Assembly: GCA_003009755.1 (NCBI GenBank)
Contig: PXUB01000019.1
Location: 22,986-74,661, forward strand
Direction of reading: 5' to 3'
DNA from: Thermoplasmatales archaeon SW_10_69_26
GTDB lineage: Archaea > Thermoplasmatota > SW-10-69-26
DNA length: 51,676 bases
A model generated the notes under the pieces. It searched no databases. It had not been told where the DNA came from and worked only from the letters and a program-made list of their open reading frames with translations. A program made the translations under genes and the position numbers. Positions within the stretch are counted from its first letter, which is position 1. Each line of letters begins with the position of its first letter. Below are positions 20,181 to 29,799 of the stretch, piece by piece.

Positions 20181-20756
20181 TCAGGCTTGGACCTCGTCGC
20201 GGATCTCGCGCACCGCCTTGACGACGTTGATGCCGCGGTGGACGAGGTCGGCGGCCCCGAACAGGGCCGGAGCCATCAACAGCCAGCCGACGTAGCCGAC
20301 CCCGATGTAGTAGAAGGCCGTCAGCACGAGGGCGGTGCCGGCGGCGCGGGAGAGGGGCGCGTGCTCGGCGATCGTGCGCCGGAACACGAAGCCGAGCCCG
20401 ATCATGACGGCGTAGGCGGAGAAGAACGCCACGATGACGCCGACGACCGCTCGGAAGTCGGGCACGAGCAGGTACGTCCAGACGAGCAACAGCGTGTAGA
20501 AGAAGAAGTCCGCCAGCGAGTCGAAGTTCGAGCCCCACTCGGTCTCGACCTGCCAGCGGCGAGCCAGGATGCCGTCGGCGATGTCGGTCGCGACCGCGGT
20601 GGCGCCGAACGTGACCGTGGCCAGGCTGTTCCCGTCGAGCGCCGCCCACGTGGCCAACAGGACGAACGGCAGCCGCAACGTGGTCAGGCCGTCGACGATC
20701 AGCCGCCGCACGCGGGCCTCCGCCGGGAGCTGGCGGGGGTGAGCGGGCCCGCTCAC
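20181..20756 (-). CDS. CDP-alcohol phosphatidyltransferase family protein
   Basis: LTTLRL...TDIADGILARRWQVETEWGSNFDSLAD signature. Confidence 0.9.
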   Translation of the reverse strand: MSGPAHPRQLPAEARVRRLIVDGLTTLRLPFVLLATWAALDGNSLATVTFGATAVATDIADGILARRWQVETEWGSNFDSLADFFFYTLLLVWTYLLVPDFRAVVGVIVAFFSAYAVMIGLGFVFRRTIAEHAPLSRAAGTALVLTAFYYIGVGYVGWLLMAPALFGAADLVHRGINVVKAVREIRDEVQA

Positions 20757-21526
20757 GGCGATCCCCCCGCAGGCTCGCGCAGCGGATCGAAGGGTCGGCG
20801 AGCCTTTTCGAGCCGGTCACCTTGGTACCCCGAGCTGAGGCGTGCGTCGGCGAACGGGTCCCCGGCCCGCGCCTCGACGCCCCAGGGCGCCGTGAGCAAC
20901 GAGCGTCCGACGATGTCGGGCTCGCGGTAGCCGCCGGCCTTCACGACGTAGGCGCCCAGATCCCAGGCCCGGGCGACGAACACGCTCGTCCGCGCTTGCT
21001 GGGTCCGATCGGACTCGCGGTTGGGGGAGACGACGGGCACGGCCACCACGTCCGGGCCCTGGCGCGCCATGCGGGCCAACAGGTCGAGCGAGAGCACGTC
21101 GGCGCACACGAGCACGCCCAGCTCGAGGCCTTGGATCGTGGCGGTGGACAGCCTCTGGCCGGCCGACACGCCGCGTTCGCGTTCGCCCTCGGTCGGCAAC
21201 AACTTGCGCTGGCGGAGCACGACGTCCCCGTCCTGGGCGACGAGCGCGGTGTTGTACACCTCCTCGCCATCGATCTCGGGCACGGTGGCGACGATGGCGC
21301 CCTCGGTGGAGCCGCTGGCCTCGCGGATTGCGTCCGCGACGAAGGTAGCTTCGTCGGCGACGTCGGCGCTGATGGGTTCGCCGGTGGAGCGGTAGAAGTA
21401 CTCCGGCAGCACGGCGATGCCACCCTCGGCGACGCTGTCGGCGGCCTCGTCCAGGATCGCGGGCACGTCCTTGCGCGGCTCGTCGGGATGCTCGTGCTGG
21501 ACGGCGACGAGCTCGGGCGGGCTCAC
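20753..21526 (-). CDS. Carbon-nitrogen hydrolase (nitrilase superfamily)
   Basis: Catalytic triad motifs VLPEY, YNTA...QRK, LVCAD. Confidence 0.88.
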   Translation of the reverse strand: MSPPELVAVQHEHPDEPRKDVPAILDEAADSVAEGGIAVLPEYFYRSTGEPISADVADEATFVADAIREASGSTEGAIVATVPEIDGEEVYNTALVAQDGDVVLRQRKLLPTEGERERGVSAGQRLSTATIQGLELGVLVCADVLSLDLLARMARQGPDVVAVPVVSPNRESDRTQQARTSVFVARAWDLGAYVVKAGGYREPDIVGRSLLTAPWGVEARAGDPFADARLSSGYQGDRLEKARRPFDPLREPAGGSP

Positions 21527-21990
21527 CCGCTCACCTCCTCGAGATCTGGGCGGCCATGCCGCTGGTCCGCGGCCGTCCGCTCATCGAGGAGGTTCGCTTC
21601 CGCTGCGGTCGTCACGCGCTCACCTCCTCGAGATTCGCACGTCCACAACGCGTACTCACGGACGGGCTCTCATCGAAGAGGTTCGCTTTTGCTGCGGTCA
21701 TCACGCGCTCACCTCCTCGAGATTCAGACGGCCATGCCGCGGTGCCTGCGGCCGTCTTCTCATCGAAGAGGCTCGCTTCCCCTGCGGTCGTCACGCGCTC
21801 ACCTCTTCGAGATCTGGGCGGCCATGCCGCGGTGCCTGCGGCCGTCTTCTCATCGAAGAGGATCGCTCTCAGCGCGATGGTCACGCGCTCACCTCTTCGA
21901 GATTCACCCGTCCACGACGCGGTCCTAGCGGACGGGCTCTCATCGAAGAGGTTCGCTTCCGCTGCAGTCATCACGCGCTCACCTCTTCGA
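21523..21990. repeat. Tandem array of five 89-90 bp hairpin-forming units plus a partial sixth
   Basis: Units start at 21523, 21612, 21701, 21791, 21881, 21971 with tcac(g/c)cgctcacctc(c/t)tcga ... ctcatcga(a/g)gagg. Confidence 0.92.
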
Positions 21991-23026
21991 TGAACCCAAC
22001 GACGGTCTCCCAGTACCAATCCTGGTCGACGAGGTCGAAGCTCGCGTGGCCGCCCATCTCGGTCATGTGAACCTCGACGTTCGGGTTGCCGCGGGCCGCG
22101 CGAGCGAGGACGTGGGCGTGGAAGGCCGGGATCACGGGATCGTCGACGGCGTGCAGCACGAGCGTCGGCACGCGCGTGCCGACGACGTGGTTGCGGGGGC
22201 TGGCCTCGTGCACGAGCTCGAGCGGCGAGATGCCGATCGTGGCGGCGCTGGCCAGGAGGTAGTCCTCGAACGTGGTCGCCTCGTCGCCGGTCACGTGCCG
22301 CAGGAACGTCGCGAACGCGTGGTGGATGAACCGAGCCGGCGCCCATCCAGGCGGCTCGTGGGCCAGGCGGCGGATCATCCAGCCGAGGTCGGCGAACGGG
22401 TTCAACGCGATCACGCCGTCGATGGCGTCGGGCTCGTGCCGGGAGGCGCCCAGCACGGTCGAGGCGCCCAGGGACTCGCCGACGAGCACGACGTCGGTGA
22501 TGCGGTCGTTGGCCTGGAAGCCCCGCGCGATCTCGGCGACGTCCATCGCCTCGAGGTACCCGGCCGTCGAGTGCAGCTCGGAGGAGTGGCCGAACCCGCG
22601 CAGGTCGATCGCGCAGGTGTGCACGTCCATCGCCTCGAAGAGGCCGACGACCTTCGTGCGCGTGTTGCCGGCGTCCTTGGTGGCGAACGTGCCCGGCGCG
22701 AAGACGACCATCGGAGCCTGTTGGTCGAGGATGCCGGTCCAGCAGCCGAGCTCGGCCCCAGCGTGCCCCTCGAGGTGGCTGAACACGAAGGGGTCGGGGT
22801 AGGGCTTGGCCTTGACCATCATCTCGCGCCCGGTCTCGGTGTTCAGCGCGAGGTAGTCGACGGCGGCTCGCAGCACGCGCCAGAGGTGGCGCGGGTGCTC
22901 GTCGAGCCGGCCGCCGGTGGGTTGGCCGATGCCCTCGTCCTCGGCCTCGTCCTCGTCCACGTCGGCCGTTAGGACGGCCAGGGTCTTGAAGGACGCGGAT
23001 GGTGTTGCGATGGCCGGCGGGCACAA
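21971..23026 (-). CDS. Alpha/beta-fold hydrolase
   Basis: IDLRGFGHS, nucleophile GESLG, LHAVDDPVIP, GGHA. Confidence 0.85.
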   Translation of the reverse strand: MCPPAIATPSASFKTLAVLTADVDEDEAEDEGIGQPTGGRLDEHPRHLWRVLRAAVDYLALNTETGREMMVKAKPYPDPFVFSHLEGHAGAELGCWTGILDQQAPMVVFAPGTFATKDAGNTRTKVVGLFEAMDVHTCAIDLRGFGHSSELHSTAGYLEAMDVAEIARGFQANDRITDVVLVGESLGASTVLGASRHEPDAIDGVIALNPFADLGWMIRRLAHEPPGWAPARFIHHAFATFLRHVTGDEATTFEDYLLASAATIGISPLELVHEASPRNHVVGTRVPTLVLHAVDDPVIPAFHAHVLARAARGNPNVEVHMTEMGGHASFDLVDQDWYWETVVGFIEEVSA

Positions 23027-23041
23027 CGCCCAGGCTGTATC

Positions 23042-24715
23042 TCACGGGCGGCGGCCTTCGGCCAGCGGGGCGAGGACGGTCGCGAGGAGCGCCGCCGCAA
23101 GCGCGGCCTCGAGCCCTACCGGTGTCGACGAGCGCGGCTCGTCGGTCCGCGGGGAACCGTTCTCCTCGCTCTCGGCGGTGTCGTTTTCCTCGGGCGTTGG
23201 CTCTTGCGTCTGCGCTGGTTCGACGGTCAGCCGGCTGTCCGCGCTTCCGAGGTCCGTTCGGGCGGTGAGGCGGTACTCGCCGGGTTGAGAGGGGGCCGTC
23301 AGGTTCTCGGCTCGGAGGGTGGTGCTCTCGCCGGGGTACAGGGAGACGTTCCAGCGATCGATGACCTCGCCGTCGACGAGCAGGCTCGCCTGCCCCTCGC
23401 CGTGGATCGTCCCGGTGTTGGAGATCGCGAACGTGAGGTCGAACGTGGCGTTCGCGGTCACCGTCGTCGGGGAGAGGGGACTGGGAGCGATCCTTGCTTC
23501 GGCGTCCGCGGGCGGACCGACGCCGGCGTCGATAGCGTAGGCTTCGCCCTTCGCGGTGGCGAAGGCCAGGATCCCGTCCTCGATCGTCGGCGGGGCGTTG
23601 ACGCCGCCGGTGAACACGTGCCAGGCGGCCTCGCCCGCGTCGAGGTCGTAGGCGTGCATGCCGCCCGTGCCTGCGGTTCCTGAGGGTGATGTTTCCGTCA
23701 CGGGGTCGTAGCGGCTGGGGGCAACCAAGACCGAGTCCTCACGGACCGGCGGGGCTCCGTAGGGGTGGGGAATCGGGAGGCTCGTCCGCGTCTCGTTGCC
23801 GCCGGGTCGGATCAGCGTCAGCTCCTCCTCGTCCTCGGCGGTGAAGATATCCCCGTCCCCGGCGACGAAGAGATCGCCGTCGCCGCCGACGGGTTCCAGC
23901 GAAGCGTTGGGAACCGTGCCCGAGCTGAGGGTTCCCAGCGTGTCGGCCGCGAGCACGTGGTAGCTCGACTCCGTCGCCAGGTAGAGCTGTCCCGACGCGA
24001 GGACGGGTTGGCCGACGGGTCGACCCTCGGTCAGGTTGCGACGCACGATGTCGCCCTCGGGTCCGATCGAGACCACGTGCGTCCAGACCTCGTCGGCGTT
24101 CCAGTGCTCGTCTGCATCGCTCCACTCCTGGTGGACGGCCACCACGCGTTCGGGGCTGGCGGCCAGACGGGCGCGGGGGCCGGTCTCGGTCGTGTCGGTG
24201 ACCTCGCCGGTCCCGGGATCGAGGAGGTGGACGGTCCCGCTCTCGTCGGAGACGGCGAGGAGATCGTCCCTCGCGACCGGGGCCGACCGGTAGCCGAGCG
24301 AGCCCAGCGTGGTGTTCCAGCGGACCTGGCCGGTGGCCGGGTCGAGTGCTCGCGTGTCGTTGGCGTCCCCGCGAGTCGTGAGGACGATCGAGCCCTCGGG
24401 GCCCTCCACGATGCCGGCGACGTCGGCGGTGGTGTTCATCTGCCAGGTTCGCTGGCCCTCGGCCCGGTCGTAGGCGAGCACCGCGCCGGGGCCGTTCGTC
24501 GTCACGTCGCCGATGAAGCGCTGGAACGCGTAGACGATCGCGTCGTCTGTCACGATCGGAGCATCGGAGGCGGCCATGGCCGGGCCGATCCGGTCCTCGA
24601 GGAGGATCGCCCCGGATCCAGCCCTCGTGTGGTTCCCGCTCCAAGCCGGCAGCGCCAGGACGAGCAGGGCCGCGATGGCGGCGAGGACGAGCAGGTGGCG
24701 GTGCGGGAAGCCCAC
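23042..24715 (-). CDS. Secreted PQQ-like beta-propeller protein with CARDB/Ig-like domain and C-terminal membrane anchor
   Basis: Signal peptide; ALDPATGQVRW and AYDLDAGEAAW propeller motifs; ISNTG...LYPGES Ig-like domain; TPVG + TM + basic tail. Confidence 0.8.
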   Translation of the reverse strand: MGFPHRHLLVLAAIAALLVLALPAWSGNHTRAGSGAILLEDRIGPAMAASDAPIVTDDAIVYAFQRFIGDVTTNGPGAVLAYDRAEGQRTWQMNTTADVAGIVEGPEGSIVLTTRGDANDTRALDPATGQVRWNTTLGSLGYRSAPVARDDLLAVSDESGTVHLLDPGTGEVTDTTETGPRARLAASPERVVAVHQEWSDADEHWNADEVWTHVVSIGPEGDIVRRNLTEGRPVGQPVLASGQLYLATESSYHVLAADTLGTLSSGTVPNASLEPVGGDGDLFVAGDGDIFTAEDEEELTLIRPGGNETRTSLPIPHPYGAPPVREDSVLVAPSRYDPVTETSPSGTAGTGGMHAYDLDAGEAAWHVFTGGVNAPPTIEDGILAFATAKGEAYAIDAGVGPPADAEARIAPSPLSPTTVTANATFDLTFAISNTGTIHGEGQASLLVDGEVIDRWNVSLYPGESTTLRAENLTAPSQPGEYRLTARTDLGSADSRLTVEPAQTQEPTPEENDTAESEENGSPRTDEPRSSTPVGLEAALAAALLATVLAPLAEGRRP

Positions 24716-24824
24716 GCTGGGGCATCGATCCGGAGGGGGATGAAGGCAGCGAAGGCGTTCGGCTCACGCCGACGATCCAGCCGACGAAAGCCTATGGAGA
24801 GTGCCTGCGGCCTCACTAGCCGCC

Positions 24825-25946
24825 TCAGCGGTCCTCGATGTCCTGCCAGGCGCGGTCGAGGTCGCCGACGTACTCGGCGCGGGGGCGGATCAGCCTGTTG
24901 CCGTCGTACTGCTCGGCGACGTGGGCGATCCACCCGGCACAGCGGCTCATCGCGAAGATGGGCGTGTAGTACTCGATGTCGATACCCATGCAGCGGTACA
25001 CCGAGCCGGAGTAGAGGTCGACGTTCGGCGGCAGCTCCTTCTCTTCGCGGATGAAGTCCTCGATGGCTCGGATCGTCTCGTACCAGCGCGTCTCGCCGGT
25101 GGCCTCGCCCAGGCGCCGGGACCAGTCCTTGAGGTGGACGGCGCGGGGGTCCATCGTGCGGTAGACGCGGTGGCCGAACCCGGGGATCTTCTCGCCAGCG
25201 TCGAGGCGGCGTTTCACGTGCTGCACGGGGTCGTCGCCTTGCTCCTCGATCGTCTCGAGGACCCTCATCACGTTGGCGTTGGCGCCGCCGTGCAGGTCGC
25301 CCTTGAGCGACCCGATGGCGCTCGTGACCGCGCTGTAGGCGTCGGACAGCGTGCTGGCGGTGACTCGGGCGCTGAACGTCGAGGCGTTCAGGCCGTGGTC
25401 GGCGTGGAGGACGAGCGCCAGATCCATCGCGCGCTCGGCTTCCTCGCTGGGGCGCTCGCCGGTGAGCTGTTGCAGGAAGGAGCCGGCGTGGCTGAGATCC
25501 TCGTCGGGCTCGACCGGGTCCAGGCCTCGCCGAGCCCGGGCGTGGGCGCCCACGATCGTCGGCATCTTGGCCAGGATGTCGGCGCCGGCAGCCAGGACGC
25601 CCTCCGGCGTGGCGGCCGGCTCGGGGCCCTCGCTGGCCAGGGCCGACACCGCGGTCCGCAGGGCGGCCATCGGGTGGGCCTCGGCCAGCGGGCCGGCGAC
25701 GAGGTCGAGCACGTCGTCGGGGAGCCGACGGCGCGAGGCCAGCTCGTCTTCGAAGGCCTGCAGCTCCTTCTCGTCGGGCAGCTCACCGTGCCAGAGGAGG
25801 TGGGCGGTCTCCTCGAACGAGGCCCCCTCGGCGAGATCGTCGATGTCGTACCCGCGGTAGATCAGCCGTCCCTCTTCCCCGAACACCTTGGAGATGCGGG
25901 ACTGCGCGACGACGACGCCAGCCAAACCTTCCTTGAGCTCCGGCAT
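24825..25946 (-). CDS. citZ: Citrate synthase (citrate/2-methylcitrate synthase family)
   Basis: GLAGVVV, LIYRGYDI, HADHGLNASTF, LHGGAN, GFGHRVY, PNVDLYSG, RLIRPR. Confidence 0.95.
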   Translation of the reverse strand: MPELKEGLAGVVVAQSRISKVFGEEGRLIYRGYDIDDLAEGASFEETAHLLWHGELPDEKELQAFEDELASRRRLPDDVLDLVAGPLAEAHPMAALRTAVSALASEGPEPAATPEGVLAAGADILAKMPTIVGAHARARRGLDPVEPDEDLSHAGSFLQQLTGERPSEEAERAMDLALVLHADHGLNASTFSARVTASTLSDAYSAVTSAIGSLKGDLHGGANANVMRVLETIEEQGDDPVQHVKRRLDAGEKIPGFGHRVYRTMDPRAVHLKDWSRRLGEATGETRWYETIRAIEDFIREEKELPPNVDLYSGSVYRCMGIDIEYYTPIFAMSRCAGWIAHVAEQYDGNRLIRPRAEYVGDLDRAWQDIEDR

Positions 25947-26016
25947 TCGTGCACCTCGACGTCACCGGCCATACGACACCTCCGGTTTAAGGTGTACCGG
26001 TCCGAGAGGTGCTCCC

Positions 26017-28293
26017 TCATGCCCGTCGCGTCAGGCGGGCCCCCAGACCGACGCCGGCGAGCACGGCGGTCAGCCCCAACGGGGTCTCCTGGGCGTCGGC
26101 GGTCCCGTTGGTCGCGGTCTCGGGTTCCTGTTCTCCCCCCTCACGGCTCGGCTCCGAGCGCTCCTCGCTGGCTTGCTCCTCGTCGTCGGGGTTCGACGTG
26201 GCCCGCGGCGGGTTGGATCCGACCTCCTCGTCCCCCTCGTCGGCGCTGGATCGCTCGAGGGACTCCTCCTCAGCGACCGTCACGTTGACGCGCTCGACGT
26301 CGGTCCCGCCGGGTCCGTTGGCTTGCACCGCGATCGTGGCGTCCTCCTCGGTGAGGCGGACCTCGAGGAACGTGTTCCGCGTCTCGTCGACGGCGACCTC
26401 GTCGACGGAGACGCCGAACGTGTCGACCGGGCCGCCGCTGGCGAGCCAGGTGACGTTCACCGTACCGGGCTCGACGACGTCGCCCTCCTGGGGGTTCGTG
26501 ATCGCAACCTCGGGTGGCTCGGGCGGGGGCTCCTCGACGGTGAGGGTGACCGTGCCGCGGCTGGTGGCATCGGTCTCGTCGGTGACCTCGACCTGGAGAT
26601 TGCGCTCTCCCGCCTCCTCGAACGTCCACGTCGTGTTCGCGGCCTCGGTCTCGCGGTCGGGCTCGAAGCTCCCGTTGGCCTGGAAATCCCAGGCGAAGCT
26701 CACGAGCTCGTGGCCGTCGGGGTCGGTCGAGTTCGCCAGATCGAACCAGGCCTCCTCGCCCACGCGGACGGGCTGGGCGTGCGTGAGCTCGACGTCGGGG
26801 GCCTGCGTGGAGGCCTCCTCGTCCCCGGATTCGGAGACGTGGATCGTGCGGACGAACGGCTCCGTCGAGGTTCGACCGTGGGAGTCGACGGCGACGAGCT
26901 CGATCTCGTGGCTACCGGTCTCGTTGAACACGCGGTAGAGGCGAGGCTGCTCGCGCGTCATCTCCTCCCTCTCGCCGTCGATCGTCCAGATGTAGCGCTC
27001 GATGCGGTCCCGACGGTCGGGATCGCGGCTGTCGGATGCATCGAGGGTGACCTCCTCGCCGGCCTCGGGGTCGGCGGGCACGGTCTCGAAGTACGGGTCC
27101 GGCGGCGTGTTCGTGGCCTCGACGACGGCCTCGTAGCCGTCGACGTAGCCGTACCCGGCCGCCTTGTCCCAGCCCTCCTCGCCGAGGTCGCTGGCGGTCT
27201 GGGTGAGCAGATCCTTGACACGCTCGGGCGTGGGTTGCTCCTCGGTGGCGCGGTCGAGGGCCTGCCAGACGATCATGGCCAGACCGCCGACGTGGGGAGC
27301 GGCCATGCTGGTGCCGGTCCTCGTGCAGTCGGTGTCGTAGCCGTCGACCGCCTCGGGGCAGGCGGCGGTGATGTTCGTGCCGGGGGCGACGACGTCGGGC
27401 TTGCGCCACGTCTCGTCGTCGGCGGAGTCGGCCGGGTTCGGGCCGCGGCTGGAGTACCCGGCGACGGTGTGCTGGGTGCGGCGCACGGTGTCGTTGCCGT
27501 CCACGGCGCCGACGGCCAGGGCTTCGGGGGTGGCGGCCGGGGCGGGGATGCGGTCCGCCTCGCCGCCGCCCTCCGTGCAGCCCCCGCTGACGTTGCCCGA
27601 GTCCGGGCCGCAGTTGCCGGCAGCGGGGACGACGAGGATGCCGGCCTCGGTGGCCTCCCGGACCTTCTCCATGAGCGGGGTGTACTCGCGCTCGTCTTGG
27701 GGTTCGACGTCGGCGAACGAGACCACGATCGTGCGGACCTTCGTGTTGCCCGTCCAGTTCGTGTCGCCCTCGTTGTAGTCCATCACCCAGTCGATCCCCT
27801 TCGTGAGACCGTTCACGGAGAAGCCGACGTCGTTGGAGATCTTGACGTCGACGAGCGCGGCCCCGGGCGCGACGCCGCGGGGGCCGGCGTCCCCCCCGCC
27901 GCGGCCGAGCGCGGTCGAGGCCACGTGGGTCCCGTGGCCGTCGCGGTCGTCGGGGTCGATCTTCTCCCGGCTGAGGGGCTCCTTGTCGCGGATGCACTGG
28001 CAGTCGCTGTCGTAGCGGGCGCCGGCGACGAACGCGTTCTTGAACGTGGGGTGGTCGTCGTCGACGCCGGTGTCGAGCACAGCGATAGCGCCGCCGCGCC
28101 CGTCGAGCTTGTTCACGTCCTCGAGCTGCTCGGCGTAGGATTGGACGTTGTCGGGGTAGGTGTCGCTGCCGACGGCTTTGATCGCCTTCGTCGAGACGTC
28201 CAGCGCGCTGGCGGCCGGGACCAGGGCCACGAGCACGATCAGGCCCAGGCCGAGGAGGCCGAGAGCAACACGCTTGGGACGCCTCACCGTCAT
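26017..28293 (-). CDS. Secreted S8 subtilisin-like serine protease with PKD domains and C-terminal anchor
   Basis: Triad LDTG, HGTHVA, GTSMAAPHV; AAGN oxyanion; two PKD-like domains (LDASDSRDPD, FDLANSTDPDG...WDF); TPLG + TM + RR tail. Confidence 0.92.
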   Translation of the reverse strand: MTVRRPKRVALGLLGLGLIVLVALVPAASALDVSTKAIKAVGSDTYPDNVQSYAEQLEDVNKLDGRGGAIAVLDTGVDDDHPTFKNAFVAGARYDSDCQCIRDKEPLSREKIDPDDRDGHGTHVASTALGRGGGDAGPRGVAPGAALVDVKISNDVGFSVNGLTKGIDWVMDYNEGDTNWTGNTKVRTIVVSFADVEPQDEREYTPLMEKVREATEAGILVVPAAGNCGPDSGNVSGGCTEGGGEADRIPAPAATPEALAVGAVDGNDTVRRTQHTVAGYSSRGPNPADSADDETWRKPDVVAPGTNITAACPEAVDGYDTDCTRTGTSMAAPHVGGLAMIVWQALDRATEEQPTPERVKDLLTQTASDLGEEGWDKAAGYGYVDGYEAVVEATNTPPDPYFETVPADPEAGEEVTLDASDSRDPDRRDRIERYIWTIDGEREEMTREQPRLYRVFNETGSHEIELVAVDSHGRTSTEPFVRTIHVSESGDEEASTQAPDVELTHAQPVRVGEEAWFDLANSTDPDGHELVSFAWDFQANGSFEPDRETEAANTTWTFEEAGERNLQVEVTDETDATSRGTVTLTVEEPPPEPPEVAITNPQEGDVVEPGTVNVTWLASGGPVDTFGVSVDEVAVDETRNTFLEVRLTEEDATIAVQANGPGGTDVERVNVTVAEEESLERSSADEGDEEVGSNPPRATSNPDDEEQASEERSEPSREGGEQEPETATNGTADAQETPLGLTAVLAGVGLGARLTRRA

Positions 28294-28342
28294 CTCATCG
28301 TCTGGCACCCTAGGCACAACTTAAACCTTCCCGCACGCCGGT

Positions 28343-28765
28343 TCACCGGTCGACCGATCGAGGGGGCCACCACCGCCACGAGCCGGCGTCGTCGGGGATC
28401 TGCGGAGGCTCGAGCTCGTCCGCGAGATCGGCCCACTCGTCCTTGAGGGCCGCCATCGCCAAGCCCGCCTCGTGGGTCCGCGCCAGGCGAGCGATCGCGA
28501 GCTGCAGCTCGACCGGCGGACGACGGGCCACCAAGAGATCCGCGCCGCGGTAGAGGGCCCTGTGGGGATCGTGGACGTCGTCGACGTGGGCGTGGACGTC
28601 CCTGGGGGCACCCTCCAGGGCGTGAGGGTCGACGTCTACAGCGACCAGGTGAGCCTTGGGGAACCGCTCCGCCACGGTGGCGAGGAGGTCGAAGCGGCCT
28701 CCGACCCCGATCTCGACGACGCGGGGAGCCGGGGGCAGGGAGGCCAAGATGGCGGCCGGCAGCAC
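28343..28765 (-). CDS. UPF0146 family protein
   Basis: VVEIGVG, AVDV, VDDVHDP...LYRGADL..ARRPPVELQ. Confidence 0.75.
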   Translation of the reverse strand: MLPAAILASLPPAPRVVEIGVGGRFDLLATVAERFPKAHLVAVDVDPHALEGAPRDVHAHVDDVHDPHRALYRGADLLVARRPPVELQLAIARLARTHEAGLAMAALKDEWADLADELEPPQIPDDAGSWRWWPPRSVDR

Positions 28766-28801
28766 AGGTACCTTTAGGGTGGGCGACCGGTTGAAGGCTT
28801 C

Positions 28802-29248
28802 GTGCGTCCCCCGGTCCAGTACCGGTTGTTCGACGACGAGGACCTCCACGAGGTCCTTCGGCTGGCCAACGACGCGTTGGACGAGGACTACGATGGAGGT
28901 CTGTTCCTTCATTTCGCACGCCTGCACCCGGAGGCCTTCCACGTGGCCGAGGCCGGCGACGAGATCCTCGGGTTCGTCATGGGCACCGTGCAGCGGGCCT
29001 ACCAGGCCCGGATCCTGGCGTTGGCGGTCGCCGACGGTTGGCGTCGTCAGGGTGTCGGCACCCGGCTGACCCAGCGGTTCCTGACGGCGTTCCGCCAGCA
29101 CGGCGTCAAACGGGTCACGCTCGAGGTGCGCGTGTCGAACGACGGCGCCAAGGAGCTGTACCGCTCGATGGGGTTCGAGACGGACGACGTCATCGAGGAG
29201 TACTACAACGACGGGGAAGACGCCTACGTCATGGTGCGGACGCTGTAG
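28802..29248 (+). CDS. rimI: GNAT N-acetyltransferase, RimI-like
   Basis: LAVADGWRRQGVG, LEVRVSNDGAKELY..MGF, YYNDGEDAYVM. Confidence 0.88.
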   Translation: MRPPVQYRLFDDEDLHEVLRLANDALDEDYDGGLFLHFARLHPEAFHVAEAGDEILGFVMGTVQRAYQARILALAVADGWRRQGVGTRLTQRFLTAFRQHGVKRVTLEVRVSNDGAKELYRSMGFETDDVIEEYYNDGEDAYVMVRTL

Positions 29249-29322
29249 AAGAAAGGAAGACCGGGAGCGAGGGCAAGCCCTCGTAGGCGGCCAAGGCCGC
29301 AGGACCGTCGGCTTCGGCAGCC

Positions 29323-29604
29323 CTACGGTGTGGCTTTGGGCTTCTCGTGGTTGGTCGCGATCTCCTCGAGGCGGTTGGAAACCTGCGAGGGTTCGGAGAA
29401 CTCCTCGTCAGACAGGCTCGACGCCAGCTCCTTGCCGAGCGTGAAGATCGCCTTCTTGTGGTCGGACTTCGACCGGTGGACGTGCGTGGGCTCGACCCCG
29501 ACGTCCTCGTATTCGTCGAAGGCGGGAGCTTGCTCCTCGCCTTCCATGTGGTGCTTGATCTGGGCCAGCAATGTGTGCAACTGGATCAGTTCGTTCTTGT
29601 GCAC
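29323..29604 (-). CDS. UPF0058 family protein
   Basis: MHKNELIQLHTLL...PTHVHRSKSDHKKAIFTLG. Confidence 0.85.
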   Translation of the reverse strand: MHKNELIQLHTLLAQIKHHMEGEEQAPAFDEYEDVGVEPTHVHRSKSDHKKAIFTLGKELASSLSDEEFSEPSQVSNRLEEIATNHEKPKATP

Positions 29605-29799
29605 AGGTCATCCCCTCCTGCATGACCGGAAACACGTCACCCCAATATAAACGTTTGTCAAGCTGACCCACCTGCGTTCGGCGATGCGACGGACGAGCCG
29701 GGCCGGAGCCGGATGCCCCGGCCCGGGTCCGCTGGAGAAGAAGGCCCCCGTCGGAGGGTCTGAAGGTGTCGGGATCTCGACGCGTTGACGAACGCGACG

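Noticed and set aside
21523-21990. CRISPR array interpretation of the tandem repeats
   Set aside because: The variable parts fall into two related, self-complementary types rather than unique spacers; the unit is ~90 bp; no cas genes nearby
21523-21990. Box C/D or TIGR-like guide RNA array (GTGATGA occurs on the - strand)
   Set aside because: The box C-like word is present at only two junctions, there is no consistent CTGA box D, and no Nop-domain gene in the window
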